50,515 nucleotides of DNA, taken from positions 1 to 50,515 of the forward strand of contig JAJEDW010000200.1 in the NCBI GenBank assembly GCA_022821265.1, written 5' to 3'. A program made the translations under genes and the position numbers. Shown here one piece after another: positions 44,625-50,515 of this stretch. Position 1 is the first letter of the stretch, and each line of letters opens with the position of its first letter. The notes beneath the pieces are model-generated. The model searched no databases. It saw only the letters and a list, made by a program, of their open reading frames with translations, and was not told where the DNA came from. This DNA comes from Acidobacteriota bacterium. GTDB lineage: Bacteria; Acidobacteriota; Terriglobia; 20CM-2-55-15.

Positions 44625-44628
44625 AACC

Positions 44629-46320
44629 TTGAAGGCACTCCTGTCGACAGATCGGAAGCTCTTCGGAGAGGTGTTGCGCGACAAGGGCCTGATTGCCGAG
44701 GACGATCTCGCCAACGCGCTCGCGCTCCAGAAGGAAAGCGGCGACCGGCTGGGCAAGTTACTGGTCGACCTCGGTTTCGTCTCCCAAAGGGATGTGCTGG
44801 CCTGCCTGGGCGAACACCTCGGCGTCCCGGTGTTCACGGGCGACTACCCGGCCGTGCCGATCGAGGCCGACCGGCTGCCGCATCGCTTCCTGCGCGCAGC
44901 CCTGGCCCTCCCCGTACACATGGAAGGCGACGTCCTCGCGCTCGTGATGGCCGACCCGTTGGACACGGAGACCCGCTCCGCCATCGGCCAACGCACCGGG
45001 CTTCGACTCGACGTTCACCTGGCTTCCGAGGCCGCCATCTGCGATCACCTCGACCGCCTGTACGGCGCGGACGAGTCGGAAACGATGATCGAGACCCTGG
45101 GCGAGTCCATCGGCGAGGACGACATCGAGCAGCTTCGCGACCTCGCGTCCGAGGTTCCGGTCATTCGAATGGTCAACCTGATCATCTCGCGGGCCGTCGA
45201 GTCGCGGGCGAGCGACATCCACATCGAGCCGTTCGAGAAGGAGCTGCAACTGCGTTACCGCGTCGACGGCGTGCTGCAGAACGTCGATGCGCCGCCGAAT
45301 GCCATGAGGGCCGCCGTGATCTCGCGCATCAAGCTGATGGCGAAGCTCAACATCGCGGAACGCCGCCTTCCGCAGGACGGCCGGATCAAGCTGAAGGTCC
45401 TCGGGAAGGAGATCGACCTGCGCGTTTCGACGCTGCCCACCATGTACGGCGAAAGCGTGGTGATGCGAATACTGGACAAGTCCAGCACCGACCTGATCGA
45501 CCTCCGGCGCCTCGGGTTCCCCGCGGATCTGTACGACTCGATCTGCGCGATGACGTCCAAGCCCCACGGCATCTTCCTGGTGACCGGCCCCACTGGCAGC
45601 GGCAAGAGCACGACGCTCTACAGCGCGTTGAAGAGAATCAACATCCCCGACCGGAAGATCATCACGATCGAAGACCCCGTCGAGTACCAGATGGACGGCA
45701 TCAACCAGATCCAGGTCAACGCGCAGATCGGTCTGACCTTTTCGGCCGGGTTGCGGCACATCGTGCGGCAGGACCCGGACGTGATCATGGTCGGCGAGAT
45801 CCGCGACCTCGAAACGGCGGAGATCGCGATCCGGTCGGCGTTGACGGGGCACCTGGTGTTCAGCACGCTCCACACCAACGACGCGCCGAGCGCCGTCACG
45901 CGGCTGATCGACATGGGCGTCGAAGACTACCTGCTGGCGTCGTCGCTGATCGGCATTCTGGCGCAGCGCCTGGTGCGCGTGATCTGCTCGTCGTGCCGGA
46001 AACCCGAGTCCGCCGCCGCGGCCGCCATGCGGGACGCCGGGTTCCCGGTCGACGAAACGCGCGGCTCGGTCGAGGTGTACCGGGGGGCGGGTTGCGAAGC
46101 TTGCGCCTACACGGGGTTCGAAGGACGGCAGGGGATCTTCGAGCTGCTCGACGTGGACGACGCGATGCGCGGCGTCATCACCACGAGCCCGGATTCGAAC
46201 GTGCTCAAGTCCCAGGCCGAACGATCCGGGATGCGGCCCCTGCGCGACGACGGCTGGTCGAAGGTGCTGGCCGGCGTCACCACCCCCGACGAAATCCTCC
46301 GCGTCACCCAGGAGATGTAG
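44629..46320 (+). CDS. gspE: Type II secretion / type IV pilus assembly ATPase (GspE/PilB family)
   Basis: N-terminal MshEN-like domain (LGEVLRDKGLIAEDDLANAL...LGKLLVDLGFV), Walker A GPTGSGKST, GEIRD, and tetracysteine CSSC...CEAC. TTG start is proposed at 44629; the track start 44584 overlaps the upstream gene. Confidence 0.9.
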   Translation: MKALLSTDRKLFGEVLRDKGLIAEDDLANALALQKESGDRLGKLLVDLGFVSQRDVLACLGEHLGVPVFTGDYPAVPIEADRLPHRFLRAALALPVHMEGDVLALVMADPLDTETRSAIGQRTGLRLDVHLASEAAICDHLDRLYGADESETMIETLGESIGEDDIEQLRDLASEVPVIRMVNLIISRAVESRASDIHIEPFEKELQLRYRVDGVLQNVDAPPNAMRAAVISRIKLMAKLNIAERRLPQDGRIKLKVLGKEIDLRVSTLPTMYGESVVMRILDKSSTDLIDLRRLGFPADLYDSICAMTSKPHGIFLVTGPTGSGKSTTLYSALKRINIPDRKIITIEDPVEYQMDGINQIQVNAQIGLTFSAGLRHIVRQDPDVIMVGEIRDLETAEIAIRSALTGHLVFSTLHTNDAPSAVTRLIDMGVEDYLLASSLIGILAQRLVRVICSSCRKPESAAAAAMRDAGFPVDETRGSVEVYRGAGCEACAYTGFEGRQGIFELLDVDDAMRGVITTSPDSNVLKSQAERSGMRPLRDDGWSKVLAGVTTPDEILRVTQEM

Positions 46321-46333
46321 CCGGTCTGAAACG

Positions 46334-47545
46334 ATGGGCACGTTCGTCTACAAGGCCGTGAACCGCCAGGGGCAGCCCGCCGAAGGGCGCCTGGAGGCCG
46401 CCGATGCGCACGCGGCGTCGTTCAACCTGCAGACGATGGGGTTGATCCCGATATCGGTCGAGGCCCCGGCGCCCCGGCGGCGGCCGAACCTCTCCCGCTT
46501 CGGCATCCGGTGGGTGCGGCGCAGGGACATTCTTTTCTTCACCGAGGAGTTGTCGACGCTGGTCGGGGCCGGGCTCCCGCTGGACCGCAGCCTGAGCATC
46601 GCCGCCGAGTTGGCGTCCAATCCCGTGCTCGAGGACGTGATTCGCGACCTGCTGCAGCGGATCAAGGGGGGCGCCTCGCTCGCCGATGCGCTGGGGGCTC
46701 ATCCCCGCCACTTCTCGCCCCTCTACGTCAGCATGGTGCGCGCGGGCGAGGCGGGCGGCGTCCTGGACGTCATCCTGGAACGGCTGACCGGATTCGAACG
46801 GTCCTCCGACGAGCTGCGTTCGTACCTGACCTCGTCGCTCGTCTACCCGGCGTTGTTGACGCTGGTGGGGATGGGCTCGCTCGGGATCCTCTTCTACATG
46901 GTCATCCCGCGCTTCGCGACGATCTTCGAAGACATCGGGGCGGAGATCCCGCCGCTCACGATGACGCTGCTGGCCATGTCCTCGGCCGTCCGGTCCTATT
47001 GGTGGGTCGCCCTGCTGGCCGCGGCCGGCGTCGTTGTCGGCGCCCGCGCCTGGGTGCGGTCCTCGCGCGGCGGCCGGCAATGGGACGCCCTGCGGCTGCG
47101 GCTGCCCCTGATCGGTCCGACGCTGATCAAGATCGAGGTGTCGCGGTTCGCGCGCACGCTGGGAACCTTGCTGGCCAGCGCCGTGCCGTTGATCCTGGGC
47201 GTGCGCATCGTTCAGGACATCGCCCGCAACCGGATCGTTTCCGAGGCCATCGCCAAGATCGCCGACGGCGCCAAGCGCGGCGAGGGCGTGGCCCGGCCGA
47301 TGCAGGAAGCCGGCGTGTTTCCCGGGCTGGCGACGCACCTGGTGAGCATCGGCGAGGAGACCGGCCGTCTCGACACGATGCTTCTTCAACTGGCCGACGT
47401 CTACGAGAAAGACGTCCGGACGTCGGTGAAGGCGCTCACTTCCGTATTCGAGCCGGTTATCATTCTGATCATGGGAGTGCTGATCGGCATCGTCGTGTTG
47501 TCGATGCTGATGGCCATCTTCAGCATCAACGATATCGCCCTGTAG
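46334..47545 (+). CDS. gspF: Type II secretion system protein F (GspF/PilC family)
   Basis: Two T2SSF repeats (FTEELSTLVGAGLPL, FARTLGTLLASAVPL) and three TM segments. Confidence 0.9.
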   Translation: MGTFVYKAVNRQGQPAEGRLEAADAHAASFNLQTMGLIPISVEAPAPRRRPNLSRFGIRWVRRRDILFFTEELSTLVGAGLPLDRSLSIAAELASNPVLEDVIRDLLQRIKGGASLADALGAHPRHFSPLYVSMVRAGEAGGVLDVILERLTGFERSSDELRSYLTSSLVYPALLTLVGMGSLGILFYMVIPRFATIFEDIGAEIPPLTMTLLAMSSAVRSYWWVALLAAAGVVVGARAWVRSSRGGRQWDALRLRLPLIGPTLIKIEVSRFARTLGTLLASAVPLILGVRIVQDIARNRIVSEAIAKIADGAKRGEGVARPMQEAGVFPGLATHLVSIGEETGRLDTMLLQLADVYEKDVRTSVKALTSVFEPVIILIMGVLIGIVVLSMLMAIFSINDIAL

Positions 47546-47565
47546 CGGAGCCAGCGGAGAAACCG

Positions 47566-48012
47566 ATGATGATGGAAACCCCATGCCGGGCCGATGGCCG
47601 TCATCGGCGCGACGCCGGAATCACGCTGATCGAGCTGCTCGTGGTGATGGTCATCATCGGGCTGTTCGCCACGCTGGTCGGCACGCGTGTCATCGGCCGC
47701 GTCGATCAGGCCCGCGTGACCGCGGCGCAAAGCCAGATCGCCCAGTACTCGACCGCCCTCGATCTTTTCCGCCTCGACACCGGACGATACCCGACCACGG
47801 AGGAAGGGCTCCAGGCCCTCCGCACGCCGCCCTCCGGCCTGGATTCCTGGGACGGCCCGTACGTGGAAAGCAACATCGGGAACGATCCCTGGAACAACGC
47901 CTACGTCTACCGGCAACCGGGCGAGCACGACGAGTTCGACCTCATGTCGTTCGGCGCGGACGGCGTTGAAGGCGGCGAGGACGACGACCGCGACATCGTC
48001 AGCTGGGAATAG
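47566..48012 (+). CDS. gspG: Type II secretion major pseudopilin GspG
   Basis: Prepilin site G/ITLIELLVVMVIIG. GspG core QIAQYSTALDLFRLDTGRYPTTEEGLQAL, DPWNNAYVY, and SFGADG. Confidence 0.9.
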   Translation: MMMETPCRADGRHRRDAGITLIELLVVMVIIGLFATLVGTRVIGRVDQARVTAAQSQIAQYSTALDLFRLDTGRYPTTEEGLQALRTPPSGLDSWDGPYVESNIGNDPWNNAYVYRQPGEHDEFDLMSFGADGVEGGEDDDRDIVSWE

Positions 48013-48079
48013 ACTTTTTCCCCCGTTCCCGCGTCTTTACCGTGTGGCCGGCCCATGAGCGCGGCCGAACGGTCCTGAA

Positions 48080-49411
48080 ATGCTGAATACCACCGTTGGA
48101 CTCGAGCTCGCCGAAGAGACACTCAGTATCGCCGTCGTCCGGTCGTTCCTGGGCCGCCGCCGTCTCCTGGGAACCTACGATGTCCCGGGATTCGGCTCGA
48201 TGCCGGTGGAAGAACGGCGGCGGCGTTGGCTCGACCTCCGGAAGAAGCACGGGATTCCGGTTTCACGCGTGCACCTGATTCTGCCGCACGCGGACGGGAT
48301 CGCCCGGCAACTGGAACTGCCCCTGGAAGTCCAGGACAAGCTCGACGACGTCGTGCGCCTCCAGATGGAAGCCGTCTCTCCGTGGCCGGTCGAGGAGGTG
48401 TACTGGGCCTGGGCGCGGACGCCGTCCGCCAAGGGCGCCAAGAACCTGACCGTGACGATCGTCGTCGTCCCGAAGGGCCGGCTCGACGCGCATGCCGAGA
48501 CGTTCGGCGCGGCCGGACTCCCGCTGAGGGGGGCGACAATCGCCGCGGGCGCGTGGGCCGCGAGCGCCGCGACGCTCTGGGAGGGCGCCGCCCCGATCAT
48601 CGTCCTGAACTGCGGACCCGGGCATGTCGAGGGCGTGGTCACCACCGGACGACGGTTTTTCACGGCCGGCGGCGCCGGTTCGGACACGGTCGCCGCGGCG
48701 CGATCGGTCCTCGACCGGCTTCTGGCGCTGGGTCGCGTGTCGGAACCCGACGACGCGAGGCTTGTCGCCTACGGAACCGCCGTCGACGCGCTTCCCGAAG
48801 AGTCTCCCGTCCATATTCCGCTCGAAAACGCGCCGGCCGGCGCCTGGCGCCGGTTCGGCGCCGTGGCCGCCGCGTTGTCGGGAATCTCCGACTGCGGGTT
48901 CGCACCGAACGTGCTGCCACCCGCGCAGAGGTATCGCGAAAGCCGGAGGCAACTGATCCCGACCGCCGTTCTTGTCGTCCTGGGCGTCGCCGGCCTCTTG
49001 GCGTCGATTGTCCGCGAGCCGTACCAGAGCCGGATCTACGCGGCGCGGATCGCGGAGGAGATCGAGCGCGTCGCGCCGGAGGCGATGGCCGTGGCCGACC
49101 GTGAACAGGAGCTTCTCGCCCTGGAGCAGCGATACCAGTCGCTCGCCGGCCATGCGTCCTCCCCGGACCGGGCCCTGGAGAGCCTGCGGGCGGTCGCCGG
49201 CCTGCTGCCCGTCACGGACTGGCTCTCCAGCTACAGCTACCAGGACGGACGCGTCGAGATCACGGGACTGGCCCTGGACACCACGGCGCTGCAGGGCCTG
49301 CTGGAAGCGGACGCCCTGTTCGGGAACGTCGAGTTCGTCGGGCCCGTCAGCCCCGATCCGTCGGGCAAGAACCGGTTCACCCTCCGGCTCGAGACGGGAG
49401 CCGCACCATGA
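48080..49411 (+). CDS. PilM/GspL-like cytoplasmic domain fused to a TM plus PilN-like periplasmic domain
   Basis: Position after gspG, a single TM (IPTAVLVVLGVAGLLASIV), then a coiled-coil and a PilN/GspL-periplasmic-like C-terminus. Assignment is by architecture only. Confidence 0.55.
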   Translation: MLNTTVGLELAEETLSIAVVRSFLGRRRLLGTYDVPGFGSMPVEERRRRWLDLRKKHGIPVSRVHLILPHADGIARQLELPLEVQDKLDDVVRLQMEAVSPWPVEEVYWAWARTPSAKGAKNLTVTIVVVPKGRLDAHAETFGAAGLPLRGATIAAGAWAASAATLWEGAAPIIVLNCGPGHVEGVVTTGRRFFTAGGAGSDTVAAARSVLDRLLALGRVSEPDDARLVAYGTAVDALPEESPVHIPLENAPAGAWRRFGAVAAALSGISDCGFAPNVLPPAQRYRESRRQLIPTAVLVVLGVAGLLASIVREPYQSRIYAARIAEEIERVAPEAMAVADREQELLALEQRYQSLAGHASSPDRALESLRAVAGLLPVTDWLSSYSYQDGRVEITGLALDTTALQGLLEADALFGNVEFVGPVSPDPSGKNRFTLRLETGAAP

Positions 49412-49977
49412 CGATCCGCCTGAAACCCAGAGACCGGCGGGCCGTCGCGGGGCTGGCGTTCGCGCTGGCGGCCTACGGCGTCATCTCGTGGCTGGCGTTG
49501 CCGGCGTGGGACAGGCTTCAGGCGGCGTCGGAGACGGTCGACGTCCGCGAGTCCGAACTCCAGCGCTACCGGCGGGCCCTGGTTCGCCAAGGGCGGTACG
49601 AGGAGTTGGGCCAACGCCTGGAAACACGCATGGAGACCCTGGAATCCCGCGTCATCCGGGCCGAGACCGCCGCTCTCGCGTCGGTCGCGCTGCAGTCCGT
49701 CGTCGAGGCCACGGCCGCGGACGCGGGCGTGACGCTGGGCGAACGGACCCTCGCCCCGCCCCGGGAACTGGACGACTTCTACGGCGAAACCGCCATGTCG
49801 GTGACGTTCGAGTGCGAGCCGGCGCAACTGGTCGCGCTGTTGGCCGGCATGCGCGACACGGCGATTCTGGTCACGGTGCGCCAACTCGAGATCGAGACGG
49901 CCGAGGCGGCCGAAACGGACGCGAGCAAGCGGCTGCGGGTCTCGCTCACCGTGGCCGGGCTGATGGAGACCACGTAA
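49408..49977 (+). CDS. GspM/PilO-like assembly protein
   Basis: ATGA overlap with the upstream gene. N-terminal TM followed by a coiled-coil (ESELQRYRRAL). Size and position fit GspM/PilO. Confidence 0.5.
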   Translation: MTIRLKPRDRRAVAGLAFALAAYGVISWLALPAWDRLQAASETVDVRESELQRYRRALVRQGRYEELGQRLETRMETLESRVIRAETAALASVALQSVVEATAADAGVTLGERTLAPPRELDDFYGETAMSVTFECEPAQLVALLAGMRDTAILVTVRQLEIETAEAAETDASKRLRVSLTVAGLMETT

Positions 49978-49990
49978 CACGGGGGCCGGC

Positions 49991-50515
49991 ATGGATCGAC
50001 GTATTCTGGTTCTGAACCTCGTTTTCGTCGCGTTGATCGTCACCGCGGCGGTCCGGCTCATCGACCGGTGGAACGCCTACGAGGCGGAACACCAGGTCGA
50101 TGCGATCCAGCCCGAGGCCGAGATCGATCCGCCGGAGATCCCCGCCGAGGCCGGGGACGGCGGTTCCGAGCCGCAGGACTGGAGCACGGTGTCGGGACTG
50201 AACCCGTTCAGCCCCGACCGCAACGACATTCCGATCGTGGCGCCGCTCCCGCCCCCCGAACCCGAGGAACAGCCCGTGCCCGCGTCCCTGACCCTGCCGA
50301 TGATCCGCGGGACGATGCTGCTGGGCGAGGACCGCATCGCCTTGTTGGCGCCCCGATCCCCGCTCCTGCCCGACCAGCCGGTCCGGGTCGGGGAGACCTT
50401 CGAGGGATGGAGGCTGGAGGAAATCGGCCGGAAGCACGTGGTCGTGGCGGCCGGCGGCGCGCGGCGCACGGTCGAGATGAACGACCCGACCGCTCCCGTC
50501 CTCCGGGAAAACGTA
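49991..50515 (+). CDS. Membrane-anchored Pro-rich protein, 3'-truncated by the window edge (GspC/PilP-like position)
   Basis: ATG at 49991, TM LVLNLVFVALIVTAAV, a Pro/Glu-rich linker, and an open frame to the window end. It is absent from the ORF track because no stop falls within the window. Confidence 0.5.
   Translation, partial: MDRRILVLNLVFVALIVTAAVRLIDRWNAYEAEHQVDAIQPEAEIDPPEIPAEAGDGGSEPQDWSTVSGLNPFSPDRNDIPIVAPLPPPEPEEQPVPASLTLPMIRGTMLLGEDRIALLAPRSPLLPDQPVRVGETFEGWRLEEIGRKHVVVAAGGARRTVEMNDPTAPVLRENV

Noticed and set aside
1-50515. Search for CRISPR arrays, tRNA/rRNA genes, integrases, transposases or prophage blocks
   Set aside because: None recognised by eye. Intergenic regions are short, and the only repeats found are the MITE-like copies. 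A formal tRNAscan/Infernal run was not possible.

Overview
Very GC-rich bacterial chromosomal segment. Codon third positions are almost all G/C, so the six-frame track is full of long Arg/Pro/Gly-rich shadow ORFs. I call about 60 tightly packed genes. I recognised no rRNA, tRNA, CRISPR array, transposase or integrase. Lineage is uncertain; the VWFA-related protein hints at Acidobacteriota or a similar group. Housekeeping genes: acpS, pgeF, pcm, two ferredoxins, csrA, a YdiJ-like FAD/Fe-S dehydrogenase, an acyl-CoA ligase, acs, a tartronate-semialdehyde-reductase-like gene, ispG, and a homoserine-dehydrogenase-like gene. There is also an rfbD plus three-glycosyltransferase block. The window ends with an ECF sigma / anti-sigma pair followed by a reduced gspE-gspF-gspG-pilMN-like-pilO-like secretion/pilus cluster. 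Accessory content: three type II TA loci (vapBC, hicAB, and phd with a decayed vapC), a Cys-rich 47-aa ORF next to a radical SAM enzyme, and a short MITE-like palindromic repeat family. Main findings: (1) Three genes carry an in-frame TGA exactly at a redox-active Cys position, each with a downstream hairpin, which fits selenocysteine recoding. They are a periplasmic AhpC/TSA-like redoxin (UPFC, 8426..8938), an AhpE-like peroxiredoxin (FTPV-U-T, 36749..37228), and directly downstream of it a short orphan GrdB-family protein (LTGG-U-PLC, 36009..36698). The GrdB-like gene has an fdhF-like GGUC-loop SECIS candidate and no other glycine reductase genes nearby. The ORF track splits all three genes. 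(2) A five-member paralog family of secreted WEGDTLVV-motif proteins occurs both fused to and split from a small domain whose predicted mature N-terminus is His-His. One copy set sits in a six-gene operon with an M28-PDZ peptidase, a TolB-like propeller and an FmdB zinc ribbon. All family names come from motif recognition by eye and need HMM or BLAST confirmation.
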